Positions 11,601 to 20,857 of a stretch of DNA of 64,000 bases are shown one piece after another. A program made the position numbers and the translations under genes. Where the stretch lies: the sequence record SRR31156797_2095; one strand, given 5' to 3'. Each line of letters starts with the position of its first letter. The first letter of the stretch is position 1. Under the pieces are notes generated by a model that saw only the letters and a program-made list of their open reading frames with translations, had not been told where the DNA came from and searched no databases.

Positions 11601-11950
11601 ATCCGGAAGACGTTCTTAACAGCGGTGTTGAGATTTTTGTTCAGCCGCCCGGCAAAAAACTTCAGAATATGAACCTGCTCTCCGGTGGTGAAAAAGCTAT
11701 GAGTGCCTGCACACTGCTTTTCGCGCTCTTCCTTTATCGTCCGACACCATTCTGTTTCCTCGACGAAATAGATGCACCGCTCGATGATAACAACGTCGAT
11801 CGTTTCACCAAAATCGTCAAGACTTTATCGGCCGATACCCAGTTTGTCATAATCAGCCACAATCAGAAAACCATGGCTGAGGCGGACTCACTTTACGGTG
11901 TCACTATGCAGGAACCTGGCGTCTCACGTATCCTCTCAGTCACTATGTAA
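8615..11950 (+). CDS. smc: Chromosome segregation ATPase SMC
   Basis: GFKSF, Walker A GPNGSGKSN, IIEQG, long coiled coils, LSGGEK signature, FCFLDEIDAPLD Walker B. Confidence 0.96.
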   Translation: MKFKSLVVQGFKSFVDKTVIEFPGGITAVIGPNGSGKSNILDAIRWIFGEQSAKELRGADMDDVIFSGSQHRKPTGFAEVSLTLSELPESLTAKWGSFSEITVSRKHYRTGDREYRINGKKCRLKDIREIFYDSGIGARSISIIEQGKVEKIIQSSPEDLRAFFEETAGVMRFKERKKEAERRLNQTKDNLSRVTDILAEIRGQMETLSVQTERVKRYRDLNIRQSKLSKAVIFHKFSKSFSDLSEVNEAVNKLKIDLSGHTDKFSKMTNEETEVASKLSEARKEFNSRNEFILNAEQESGRTEADIRLLEQEIDAAEKSKDSLHSDIEFLQNKLTELTDRRVNVLESKTEHQEKLEEAESKIEEFNERIADYETMREDIKEEMFAVDDQYLELAQRASDTRNAIFENETLLTRSEKDKERLYSEREESVRDSEFAKKNIDEQTQDVERLTAELETISETLEYYTNEHEELRDEISIIETELGDKRIELKSITSRMEMLKQALEAESAGDDIKQAMESLGGTLLLPKLSEELMRELGDIIIIPRSSEADIPDILKDVKQAVRFVYNDQVDDLLSFASENIDASGEIVRNGFIHRKPGSDDKRENVLRLKKQIEGYEADFEKAQTGCLELEEKLPEMVDKLEVIADKKDELLDQKQTVTLDLKDRERSLEDIRSKYERLAKRASIIDSEINNINNEIDRAKDKIEYLKEQNKELSVQIADKEEEKEAMQSKLEDIDNMYEDVRDELSSYRVELRGIQEKLNAVTSELRFIDKDLDESSTKLTATKNRLSQLITTDIVNLKDSLNKRKSDFQDIIKKRQSLNDEKLKLDHQIAEYEKILSDQGSEIDKLNLHIKSIEDDIFDAEKKMERYQTEVAAQSEAFFEKFEEDIQTFEMDLTDFQPNKAKSELSIIDRDIEALGPLNMAAENEYLEVVERNEFLTAQKDDLEEAVASIYELIREMDENTSALFLETFEGVKKNFNRVFSILFGNGNCDLKLTDPEDVLNSGVEIFVQPPGKKLQNMNLLSGGEKAMSACTLLFALFLYRPTPFCFLDEIDAPLDDNNVDRFTKIVKTLSADTQFVIISHNQKTMAEADSLYGVTMQEPGVSRILSVTM

Positions 11951-12068
11951 CCATCTTAATTATTCCATATTTCCAAATCTATCAAATCTTTACGGGGACA
12001 TATTAGTTGTTGACATATGTTTAATTTGTTTTAGTATTTCACTATAAATTATTATTTTGAGGTCAGAA

Positions 12069-12542
12069 ATGAAAAAACTTATTATTCTCCTTTTAGCTGT
12101 GGTTGTTATCGCCGGCGGTGTATATTATTACATATCTAACCAGCCGACAAAAGTGTCAAATCCGCTCCCGATGCCTTCTAACGGCAAGATCACAGTGGAG
12201 CACGCAGCTCCTGTTTTTGCGGGTCAGCTTCCAGTAGATTACGCAATAGTTGACGTAAGAACTGTCGAAGAGTACGCCGATGTACATACTATCGGCACAG
12301 TAAATATTCCGGTAGCAATCTTTGAAGATGCTGACGAACCTTGCAAAGAGGTCATCTCAAAGCTTCCAAAAGATAAGAAGATCATATTTGTATGCCCTTA
12401 CGGTCCTAGATCTCAGGAGATGTACGAAAACCTTACAGCCTCTGTGGACGATCTCGGATGCGGTATCGAAAAAGAAGGTCTTTACCACCTCTGGGCTAAT
12501 ATCAAATACAAGCCTAATCACATTGTTGTTAAAGGTAAATAA
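12069..12542 (+). CDS. Membrane-anchored/exported rhodanese-domain protein
   Basis: N-terminal TM, IVDVRTVEEY...H..G.VNIP, active loop CPYGPRS. Upstream TTGACA (12010) and TAGTAT (12032). Confidence 0.8.
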   Translation: MKKLIILLLAVVVIAGGVYYYISNQPTKVSNPLPMPSNGKITVEHAAPVFAGQLPVDYAIVDVRTVEEYADVHTIGTVNIPVAIFEDADEPCKEVISKLPKDKKIIFVCPYGPRSQEMYENLTASVDDLGCGIEKEGLYHLWANIKYKPNHIVVKGK

Positions 12543-12549
12543 TCATATA

Positions 12550-12574
12550 GGGGACACTTAACCGTGTCCCTTTT
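12550..12574 (+). terminator. Hairpin terminator between convergent rhodanese and portal genes
   Basis: GGGACAC-TTAACC-GTGTCCC-TTTT. Confidence 0.7.
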
Positions 12575-13681
12575 CTAATCCACAGGTATACCAAACCTTT
12601 TAGCCACTTCATCCTTATCCACATCAAAGCCTAGCTCGATAGCATCCTTGATAACGTCCCACTCCGCTTCCGCTTTCACATCGAGAACAAACGCCGGAAC
12701 CCTTACATCAGAAAAGTTAAGCTCCACAATCCACTTAACAAGCGTCCTGCTGACTGTCTCAGCGAGTGCCTTTGCTACCTTATCACTCTTAACCTGAAGT
12801 GTCTCAAGGTGCTGTTTAGCTAATGAATAGGATCCATTGCTTGATGTGTCGCTGGTAAGGATTTCGCCCGTGATAGCCTTTGATATCTCGCTGTTGCATA
12901 TGTTTACCAGCTCAGAAAAGTCCTGTGATGTCCCTTTGGTTTCAAGAACCTGCACACTATCCACATTGGCGAGAGCCACCGCAGCATCTGACTGGATATT
13001 ATATAGATTATCAGCAAGTTCCTTCGCACGCTCCCTGCTGTCTGCATCATCGATGGAGTCAAAAAGCGCAAGAACAGTAGGCACGCCGTACTTCTCAGCC
13101 ACAGTAAGCCAGTAGCGAAAACCAGCCTTCTTAAACATCCAGGGCCAGTAACACTTTGAAAGAACTGGTGTACCATATGGATTTTCATTCTTAGGGCTGT
13201 TTCTATGAACTATGAATTTATACTCTTCATCAAGGGGGAGTGTCGCTACGCCATCAGCCAGAGCAAGCCCGCCGTCAGATTTAAAGCTGAACCTGTCCGG
13301 TCTGCGCCCTAGTGCCTGCTGTGGAAGCCAGACACCATCCTTCTCTTCCCAAACTATCTCAACCACGCTGAAACCATACTCCACAGCCATCATCATATCC
13401 TGAAGGAGCTGCTTAACCCCGATGCTCGACAAACAGCTTTTAACAAATGATGCTGTCCCTGCGGATTCTTCATCATTATCAGCAGGTCGAACGTCCCACT
13501 GCATACCAAACACCCTGTCTTTAAGCTGTTCCAGCTTTGCGTAGATGTGAGCATCCTGAAGCATCTCTTCGAAAATGCCCATATTCGCCCCTGTCTTACC
13601 GAAGAGCACATCCGGGTTGCTCATAGTTCCAAAAGTTGAGATATCACTGTTTTTAGTCAAAACACTTGTTAGTCTGCTCAT
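12575..13681 (-). CDS. Phage portal protein, Mu gp29/DUF935 family (short, 368 aa)
   Basis: FEEMLQDAHI, AVEYGFSVVEIVW, NPYGTPVLSKCYWPWMFK...W....EKYGVP, EISKAITGEILT, GSYSLAKQH are all hallmarks of DUF935. Confidence 0.9.
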   Translation of the reverse strand: MSRLTSVLTKNSDISTFGTMSNPDVLFGKTGANMGIFEEMLQDAHIYAKLEQLKDRVFGMQWDVRPADNDEESAGTASFVKSCLSSIGVKQLLQDMMMAVEYGFSVVEIVWEEKDGVWLPQQALGRRPDRFSFKSDGGLALADGVATLPLDEEYKFIVHRNSPKNENPYGTPVLSKCYWPWMFKKAGFRYWLTVAEKYGVPTVLALFDSIDDADSRERAKELADNLYNIQSDAAVALANVDSVQVLETKGTSQDFSELVNICNSEISKAITGEILTSDTSSNGSYSLAKQHLETLQVKSDKVAKALAETVSRTLVKWIVELNFSDVRVPAFVLDVKAEAEWDVIKDAIELGFDVDKDEVAKRFGIPVD

Positions 13682-13690
13682 ATATTTCTC

Positions 13691-15088
13691 CTAATATTTT
13701 TTGAATATCGAACCTGTCTGCCTGCTCGCACCTGAGAAAGATGCCGACGGTCGTACACGCTTCTCTGTCTGGCTGAGAGCCTGCGTCATAGCGTCCACCA
13801 TGTCGTCATTCTTTCCTGATGGAAAAAGTGCTGCCTCATCAATAAGTTCATTACTGAAAGAAGCTCGCTTAAGATAAACATTTCCAGCCTCAAGCATCGG
13901 CGTAATAGCTATCGCCCGTGAGACCTTGCTCCCTTTCGGGTTAACAGGGATAAGCCCCTGAATCTCGCTCTTAAGTGCAGAAATCACCGCTGGGCCGTTC
14001 GCCTTATCTTCGATATATTTCGCCTTCGCCTCCGGATACTTCTCTGTCATTTGCCGTATAGCCCTAACCGCCCCCATAAAGTCCATCCTGTTACGCACCT
14101 GATCTATGAGGTAGCGTTCTGCTCCTTTAACACCCCAAACCTGACCGACCACATAATCTGAGCCGTCACCGCCCGAAAATGTGAGATCCCAAGACTGAAT
14201 TAACTGCTCCATCTGTGGAAGTTGATCGTAATACTTAAACCATGATTTCTTGAAAACTGAGCCGTCATCCGGTGCAGGTCTCTGCTGATAAAGGGCGTTC
14301 CAAACACGTGTCCCGACTGCCGCTTTCATCTTCTCGAGTTCAAATAGATCATACTTCTCCTCCCAGAGCGGGTCGCCAATATCTCTGAATTCCTCCTTCT
14401 CTTCCGCAATAGCGGGGAAGCTGACAACATCCCATTTATCCGTTCCAGAACTCAATAATCTTCCGGCAAGGTCGTCCTCGTGCCATCTTGTAAGGATGAC
14501 AACAATCCGCCCACCCTTCTCTATGCGGGTGTATAAGGTTGACTGATACCAGTCCCACACTTTATCTCGATAGTTCTTAGAGTCTGCGTCCTCCTGATTT
14601 TTGAAAGGGTCATCTATGATCAGAAGATCACCGCCCATACCTGTTATCGAACCGCCCACACCAGCGGCTACATATCCACCACCGCATGTTGTCTCCCACC
14701 TGTCGGCAGCCTTTGACCTCGGGCTTAACCCTGTATCGAAAACAAGGTTAAACTTAGGGTCTGCGACTATATCACGCACCTTTCGACCGAAATTCTCCGC
14801 CAGTCTTGCGCTATATGACGTAGCTATCACCCTGCTCTCAGGATTACGCCCTAGAAACCATGCAGGAAACCGGACGGATGCAAGCTCACTCTTACCATGC
14901 CTCGGCGGCATTAGAACCATCAGCCTGCCCGACGTTCCAGCCTCAAGCTCCATCAGTTTTTCAGATAGAACTCTGTGATGCCAGTTCGGCTTATAGCTCC
15001 TGAAGGTCAGTTTAGAAAAAGGTATGAGCCCTTCCCTCGCAAGCCTTAGCGCATAAAGTTTTTTTAGGTGGTGATTACTCAGCTTCAT
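13691..15088 (-). CDS. Phage terminase large subunit (Terminase_6 type, psiM2 ORF9-like C-terminus)
   Basis: Walker A MPPRHGKSE, Walker B LLIIDDP, TRWHEDDLAG, ALYQQRP, nuclease acidic residues QSWD / DYVV / DDMVDAMTQAL intact. Confidence 0.93.
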   Translation of the reverse strand: MKLSNHHLKKLYALRLAREGLIPFSKLTFRSYKPNWHHRVLSEKLMELEAGTSGRLMVLMPPRHGKSELASVRFPAWFLGRNPESRVIATSYSARLAENFGRKVRDIVADPKFNLVFDTGLSPRSKAADRWETTCGGGYVAAGVGGSITGMGGDLLIIDDPFKNQEDADSKNYRDKVWDWYQSTLYTRIEKGGRIVVILTRWHEDDLAGRLLSSGTDKWDVVSFPAIAEEKEEFRDIGDPLWEEKYDLFELEKMKAAVGTRVWNALYQQRPAPDDGSVFKKSWFKYYDQLPQMEQLIQSWDLTFSGGDGSDYVVGQVWGVKGAERYLIDQVRNRMDFMGAVRAIRQMTEKYPEAKAKYIEDKANGPAVISALKSEIQGLIPVNPKGSKVSRAIAITPMLEAGNVYLKRASFSNELIDEAALFPSGKNDDMVDAMTQALSQTEKRVRPSASFSGASRQTGSIFKKY

Positions 15089-15527
15089 AAAGGATCGATT
15101 CGATATCCTCCTGACTTAGATTTTCAAGCTCAGCCTGAAACTCAGCTATGGCAGGAGAGGTTCCAATCTCTTCCCGCAAAAGCTCATCAGGGGATTTACC
15201 TATGCATATATCTTTGTAGTTTTTTACTGTTTTAGAATGAAGCTCCACATCTCTCAGGCAGTCGCACTCAAGTAAGAGAACGTCAGCCTTTTTAAGTCCC
15301 TCCATTGTGCTGTTACAAATAGCCTCTAATAACTGCACCCTGTGGTTCTTAAGTTTTCGCACTGTCCTGTCAGAATCAGGACGTTTCCACTTTTCAGAAT
15401 TCGCACGTTTCTTCACGGTATCTAGCTTCAGCTCCCACGAAACAGCCAGCTCGCCAAGGTCGTATAGCCCCTCCTCGTAATCTTTCCGCATTAAGAGCCA
15501 GACATCTTTTGTTATTCTGCCCATCAT
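15075..15527 (-). CDS. Putative terminase small subunit
   Basis: 150 aa, N-terminal HTH-like segment (W..MRKDYEEG...ELAVSW....DTVKKRANSEKW), overlaps the terL start, SD GGAGAGG. Confidence 0.65.
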   Translation of the reverse strand: MMGRITKDVWLLMRKDYEEGLYDLGELAVSWELKLDTVKKRANSEKWKRPDSDRTVRKLKNHRVQLLEAICNSTMEGLKKADVLLLECDCLRDVELHSKTVKNYKDICIGKSPDELLREEIGTSPAIAEFQAELENLSQEDIESILYEAE

Positions 15528-15542
15528 CCTCTCCGTTTTTTA

Positions 15543-15580
15543 TGAGGATTGTACGTAGATTTTGCGATCAATATGTTTAA
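15543..15580 (-). promoter_or_regulatory. Putative promoter of the packaging operon (shared motif, copy 1)
   Basis: Minus strand TTAAACATAT-TGATCGCAAAATCTAC-GTACAATCCTCA. TACAAT is -10-like. Palindrome ATGTTTAAACAT at 15573-15584. Confidence 0.6.
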
Positions 15581-15685
15581 ACATGATAGGGTTAGAAATA
15601 TGACCTACTGATTTCTAATACTTCCGTTTTCAAAAACAACGATCTGGTTTATACTGAATAAAGAGACATGGAGTGAGTAGAGATT

Positions 15686-16774
15686 ATGATAAGAAAAGTT
15701 ATTACGGATGTTTATGAAGATGTCCATTTCAGCGATAAATACGACGGAGAGCAAATCGGGCTCCTTATTAGAGAGCTTGATGTCCGACACGCCCATTTTA
15801 CTAATCTGCCTATAGTGCCGGAAGTCCGTGATTTCTTAAAAGGTGAGCTTCTCATAAGCTCAGTATTTTCAACATCAGCAATAGGTAAACCTGATATCGA
15901 GGAACAGGATGTGAGAGCTTTTCTCGCTGGCGGCGACCACGAGCTTGATAACACCAAGGCGAGAATTGTAAACAATATCCGTCGTACATTCGAGTTTGTA
16001 GAGAAAAATAGTAAAAACTTTGAGATGAACCCTGAAAACATGCGAAAGCTGCACATAATGCTCACCATAGACACCGGAGAGGGGCTTCCAGGTGTTTACC
16101 GTACTAAAGACAGGAGCGAGGTCAACCTTGACTATGCACCGCCTAGAGGTTCAATGGACGAACTCAGCAAAGAATTTTGCAGTTGGTTCAACAGTAAAGA
16201 TATGGAGAAACACCACCCAGTTGTACGTGCCTTCCTCGCCCACTATCACATAGGTATGCTCCAGCCTTTCACAAACGGTAACGGACGTGTCGCCCGTATG
16301 GTTGAGGCTATCATGTTAGAAAAAGCCGGAATGCCGTACATCACACACGTTCTGTCGCAATACTATCGCAGAAACCGTAAGGATTACATAAAAGCGTATA
16401 TTAAAAATGAAAAGACAGGCGGATTCGACATGACACCTTTCCTCGCATTCTGCCTTGAGGGTGCTGTTAGAGCTTATAAACTCACCACTGATATGGCTGT
16501 TACCGGACTTCGTGCGATCAGTGTGCGGGAATACATACGCAGGCTCCGTACGCTTAAAAAAGTTACTGAAAGACAGAAGGATCTGCTGGAGATCATTTAT
16601 CAGTATGATAAACCTTTCGACCTGAACGAACTTCTTACAAATCCTATATTTGCTGGGCTATACAAGAGTGTTACCGAAAACACTGCGAGAAACGACATTA
16701 AAAGATTAAAAGAGCTGAACCTAATTAAAACATCTGACAACAGCTACACATTCAATAGATTTGTACTGGGGTGA
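15686..16774 (+). CDS. Fic-domain protein (His->Gln motif) with C-terminal winged HTH
   Basis: PGVYRT flap, motif LQPFTNGNGRVAR, C-terminal VTENTARNDIKRLKELNLI. Confidence 0.85.
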   Translation: MIRKVITDVYEDVHFSDKYDGEQIGLLIRELDVRHAHFTNLPIVPEVRDFLKGELLISSVFSTSAIGKPDIEEQDVRAFLAGGDHELDNTKARIVNNIRRTFEFVEKNSKNFEMNPENMRKLHIMLTIDTGEGLPGVYRTKDRSEVNLDYAPPRGSMDELSKEFCSWFNSKDMEKHHPVVRAFLAHYHIGMLQPFTNGNGRVARMVEAIMLEKAGMPYITHVLSQYYRRNRKDYIKAYIKNEKTGGFDMTPFLAFCLEGAVRAYKLTTDMAVTGLRAISVREYIRRLRTLKKVTERQKDLLEIIYQYDKPFDLNELLTNPIFAGLYKSVTENTARNDIKRLKELNLIKTSDNSYTFNRFVLG

Positions 16775-16777
16775 TAA

Positions 16778-17665
16778 ATGTTTTTGTGTTTTGATATCGG
16801 CGGAACAAACATTAAATCCTGTGTTACAAACAGTGATGCGGATTGCCTCGACAAGCTCTCTCTGCCGACCCCTAACACTTATGAAGATATCTTAAGCCTC
16901 CTTGTGTCTGCTGCTGAGCGTTCTGGAGATTTTGAAGCCTGTACAGTAGCCGTACCTGGGACTTGTTCACCGAGGTCAGGAGAGATACTCTTCTGCCCTA
17001 ACCTCACCTGTCTGAACGGGCAAAATATCAAAAAAGACCTGCAAGCCAGAATCAATAAACCTGTTTACATAGAAAATGATGCAAATCTCGCCGCTCTTGG
17101 TGAATACCACTATGTCGAAAAAGAGGATATTGAGAACATGATATTCATCACCATCGGAACAGGGCTCGGCGGAGGAGCTGTACTCAACGGCGAACTGCTA
17201 ACGTCCGACATATCCCTGTTTGAGGCGGGGCACATAAACATAGACCCGGATGGGCGCACATGCGGATGCGGTAAAAGAGGATGCCTCGAAACTTATTGTA
17301 GTATAAACGGAATAATCAAGACCTACCATAAGCTTTCAAGCGAGAATAGAGCTGAGAACGTTAACGATATATATAACGCAATGAAGCGCGGCGACAAGGC
17401 TGCCACTCTCACTTTCGAAGTTTTCGGAGGAAACCTCGGCATAGGCTTGGCGACACTTGCTAACATACTTGTACCGCAAAAGATAAAGATAGGCGGCGGG
17501 ATATCTGAGATGTCTGACGCTTTCCTCTCTCACACAATAAAAATATTCGGAAAACATATCTATCCTGCCTATAAAAACAGAATATCCATCGAACTTTCCA
17601 CACTTAAAAACAGAGCCGGCTTATCAGGATGTACCGCTTACGCTATGCATAACCTGAAAAAGTAA
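16778..17665 (+). CDS. ROK family sugar kinase (glucokinase-like)
   Basis: FDIGGTNIK, IENDANLAALGE, GTGLGGG, EAGH, CGCGKRGCLE. Confidence 0.92.
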   Translation: MFLCFDIGGTNIKSCVTNSDADCLDKLSLPTPNTYEDILSLLVSAAERSGDFEACTVAVPGTCSPRSGEILFCPNLTCLNGQNIKKDLQARINKPVYIENDANLAALGEYHYVEKEDIENMIFITIGTGLGGGAVLNGELLTSDISLFEAGHINIDPDGRTCGCGKRGCLETYCSINGIIKTYHKLSSENRAENVNDIYNAMKRGDKAATLTFEVFGGNLGIGLATLANILVPQKIKIGGGISEMSDAFLSHTIKIFGKHIYPAYKNRISIELSTLKNRAGLSGCTAYAMHNLKK

Positions 17666-17760
17666 CAATCTCTTAGCTATTCGCCTAATGATATCCGACC
17701 GATACGCTATAAGCTGATAATTACACTTGTTTTTTTTCTCTAATATGAAATATTACTGAC

Positions 17761-18573
17761 ATGGAAAACAATATCATCACAGGCATCACACCTACCAAAT
17801 GCCTTAACTGGGTATATAGAAAAAACACTGAAAAACCAGTTTACCCACCCGCTGTAGCTGACGTTGATGGCGAATATTATCAGATAAACCTGTTCGAAGT
17901 TTACTCACAGAAATACTTTGTAGCTGAAGCTGATAGCATAGAAGACGCTATCAATATGTCTGTAAACCTCTATGGTATAACATCTTTAAATACTGTTGAG
18001 CTGGCTTATCTCACTGCTGTGTGTGAAAAAGTAGGCGCAGATACATCAAAGATTGAAGCTTTTGATCACTTTAAAATGAAAGGTAAGAAGAATTTCGAAA
18101 CTTTGAGAGCTATCACATACTTCTGTCCTGTTTTACAGAAATATCTCTCGATTAAGACTATCCCACTTAAAACCATTGCAGTTTTTGACAAACTCGAAAA
18201 AGAGTTCAGGCGTTTTGTAAAGAATACTGTTGATGATAAAGAGCTTTCTGTTCAGGATTTTCGCAAGATGGTAAACCTGCTTTTCGATATGCAGTCTCAG
18301 GCAACTCAGGATGATATGGGACCTGACCTTCTATCTAAGCTATCTGAAAAGAAAGATATTACAAGGCTGAGTTTCATGAAAGAGATGCAGAACCTCACAA
18401 AAGGGGTAAGCATTAATATCAATTCCGACAATAATTTCGAAACTGGTGAGCTCACTTTCAGCTTTAAAGCTTCGAGCATGAACGACGTTGAAAAGATCAT
18501 TGAAAGCGTGGGAAAAGACAGAGAAAAAATAAATAAAATTTATAGGTTTTTGGATGAGCAGGATATTTGTTGA
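17761..18573 (+). CDS. Hypothetical protein translationally coupled to the SPL-like gene
   Basis: 270-aa ORF overlapping the next gene. No confident family. Confidence 0.7.
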   Translation: MENNIITGITPTKCLNWVYRKNTEKPVYPPAVADVDGEYYQINLFEVYSQKYFVAEADSIEDAINMSVNLYGITSLNTVELAYLTAVCEKVGADTSKIEAFDHFKMKGKKNFETLRAITYFCPVLQKYLSIKTIPLKTIAVFDKLEKEFRRFVKNTVDDKELSVQDFRKMVNLLFDMQSQATQDDMGPDLLSKLSEKKDITRLSFMKEMQNLTKGVSININSDNNFETGELTFSFKASSMNDVEKIIESVGKDREKINKIYRFLDEQDIC

Positions 18574-19600
18574 TAAAGACTCAGCGGACAGCTGGGCGGC
18601 TACTCATGCCATGAAAACCTGTACTGACATAGAGTTCGTAGATAAGGGCGCTGTGATTCCTGACGACAAAAATATCATCCACATCACATCCGGTCCGAAT
18701 AGCTTTGTGCATCGATGCCCAGCGACAAAAATTTACCGCTGCTGTGATTATTACGTTGCCGATGTGGCGGAAGGCTGTCCATTCGACTGCACCTACTGTA
18801 TACTTCAATCATATTTAAACCACGAGCACATAAAGGTTTACTCTGATTTCGAAGGCGTAAAGAACGATATTCTGGACATGCCGAAAGATCGTTTTTTCAG
18901 ACTTGGAACTGGGGAACTCTCAGATAGTTTGGCGATTGACCATATCATAAACTTCAGCGGATACATCGCCGAAACAGTTAATAAGGCAGATAACCTTCTA
19001 TTTGAATTCAAAACAAAATCAGCAAATATAAAAAACCTGCTTAACATAAACCCGAAAAACATGATGGTCTCATGGAGTTTGAATCCGAAAGAGATTATTG
19101 AACAGGAAGAGCACGGCGCAGCGTCACTTGACAACAGGCTGAAAGCGGCAAAAATCTGCGCTGAATACGGGTATAAAATTGGATTTCACTTCGACCCCCT
19201 CATATATTATAAGGACTTTGAAAAGGGTTATGCTGAGGTTATCAAAAAGATGACTGAGGCTGTGCCTGAAAGCTCTATTGAATATATAAGTGTTTCAACT
19301 TTCCGTTTTATACCAGAGCTTTTAGACATCGTTCGAGGCAAGTTTGACCGGTCATTACTCCTTCAGAGCGAGTATGTAAAGACCCTCGACGGCAAGATGC
19401 GTTATTTTAAGCCGCTCCGTGTACAGATGCTCGATTTCTTTGTGAAAGAGGTTCGTAAGCACTGGAGTGATGCCTTTATATACTTCTGTATGGAGCACGA
19501 ATCTGTCTGGAAAAAGATCATGAAATATGATCCCGGTGAGCGTGAAGATTTTGAAATGTTTTTCCCTTGTCAGGCAGAAAAGAGCAATATTGAAGCCTAA
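18554..19600 (+). CDS. Spore photoproduct lyase (SplB)-like radical SAM protein
   Basis: GCPFDCTYCILQ (CxxxCxxC), GTGELSDSLA, FEFKTKS, SWSLNP, GFHFDP, DGKMRYF, YFCME. Confidence 0.85.
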   Translation: MSRIFVDKDSADSWAATHAMKTCTDIEFVDKGAVIPDDKNIIHITSGPNSFVHRCPATKIYRCCDYYVADVAEGCPFDCTYCILQSYLNHEHIKVYSDFEGVKNDILDMPKDRFFRLGTGELSDSLAIDHIINFSGYIAETVNKADNLLFEFKTKSANIKNLLNINPKNMMVSWSLNPKEIIEQEEHGAASLDNRLKAAKICAEYGYKIGFHFDPLIYYKDFEKGYAEVIKKMTEAVPESSIEYISVSTFRFIPELLDIVRGKFDRSLLLQSEYVKTLDGKMRYFKPLRVQMLDFFVKEVRKHWSDAFIYFCMEHESVWKKIMKYDPGEREDFEMFFPCQAEKSNIEA

Positions 19601-19665
19601 GTAATATTTCCCCTTTTATTAAGTGCGGATTCTGCTTATAATATGCCCGTTTCTATGGAGGATTC

Positions 19666-20850
19666 ATGGGTTTTTTCAGCATATTTAAAAAGAAGAAAGA
19701 AGAGGAAGTCGAAACCGAAGAACTGGTGGAAACTTCTGATGAAATAGAAGAAGAACAATCTGGTGAAGGTGAGGAGCAGGTAGTAACCGGGCAAGAACCT
19801 GAATCTGGCACAGATGAACCTGAGCCGGAGCAGATAGAAGAACCGAAAGATACGGAAGAAGAAATAGAGGCTGAAGTCGAAGCTGTAAAGCAAGACTACG
19901 CCGAAAAACCTGCTGTTAAACAGGGTTTTCTTTCAAGGCTCAAAAAAGGTCTTTCCAAGACATCCGGAAAGCTTGTGGGCGGTATGGAGTCTATCTTTAC
20001 CGGGCGCAAAGAGATCGACGAGGAACTTCTCGAAGAACTTGAAGAACTTTTCATCACTTCTGATGTTGGTGTTAACACCACGATGAAGATCATAGATTCT
20101 GTCCGTGACGAGCTCTCACGCAAAGCTCTGAAAAACCCTGAAGAACTAAAAGCCAGCCTCAAAAAGCACATTCTGGAGATTTTAAATATACCTAACGACC
20201 TTAACACTACTGAGGATAAACCATATGTAATTATGGTTCTCGGTGTTAATGGTGCAGGGAAAACCACAAGCATAGCTAAAATGGCGAAACGCTTTAAAGA
20301 GCAGGGGCTTTCGACTTGTCTCGCAGCGGGGGACACCTTCCGTGCGGCAGCTATCGACCAGCTCTGCGTATGGGCTGACAGAGTGGATGTGCCTGTTGTA
20401 AAGCAGTCAGAAGGTTCAGACAGTGCTGCTGTAATATTTGACGCTATACAGTCATGCAAATCGAAAGGTGTGGACGTGCTCATAGCTGATACAGCCGGAA
20501 GACTTCAGAATAAACTTAATCTAATGAAAGAGCTCGAAAAGATAACCAGAATCTGCAAAAGAGAACTCCCTGATGCGCCACATGAGGTGCTTCTTGTTCT
20601 TGATGCTACAAGCGGGCAAAATGCTCTCACACAAGCACAGAAGTTTAATGAGGATATAGGTTTGACCGGACTTGTACTTACTAAGCTTGACGGTACAGCA
20701 AAAGGCGGAGCGATAATCGGCATTGTAGACGAGCTCAAAATACCTGTTAAATTTATAGGTTTTGGCGAAGGTATTGATGACATGAAACCTTTCAGCGCAG
20801 AAGATTTTGTAAATGCGCTATTCGAAAATGAATCAGAGACGGAGAGTTAA
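19666..20850 (+). CDS. ftsY: Signal recognition particle receptor FtsY
   Basis: Acidic N-domain, GVNGAGKTT, DTFRAAA, DTAGR, TKLDGTAKGG. Confidence 0.97.
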   Translation: MGFFSIFKKKKEEEVETEELVETSDEIEEEQSGEGEEQVVTGQEPESGTDEPEPEQIEEPKDTEEEIEAEVEAVKQDYAEKPAVKQGFLSRLKKGLSKTSGKLVGGMESIFTGRKEIDEELLEELEELFITSDVGVNTTMKIIDSVRDELSRKALKNPEELKASLKKHILEILNIPNDLNTTEDKPYVIMVLGVNGAGKTTSIAKMAKRFKEQGLSTCLAAGDTFRAAAIDQLCVWADRVDVPVVKQSEGSDSAAVIFDAIQSCKSKGVDVLIADTAGRLQNKLNLMKELEKITRICKRELPDAPHEVLLVLDATSGQNALTQAQKFNEDIGLTGLVLTKLDGTAKGGAIIGIVDELKIPVKFIGFGEGIDDMKPFSAEDFVNALFENESETES

Positions 20851-20857
20851 TATATTG

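Noticed and set aside
12015-12024. Third TTAAACATAT (minus strand) upstream of the rhodanese gene
   Set aside because: It lacks the N16-GTAYWATCC part and overlaps an ordinary TTGACA promoter. It shows the 10-mer alone is not specific, so it was not counted as a third copy.
19896-20483. 195-aa minus-strand ORF, and similar short ORFs inside smc, amtB, terL and the giant lipoprotein
   Set aside because: They lie antisense or out of frame within well-supported genes and have no motifs or SD.
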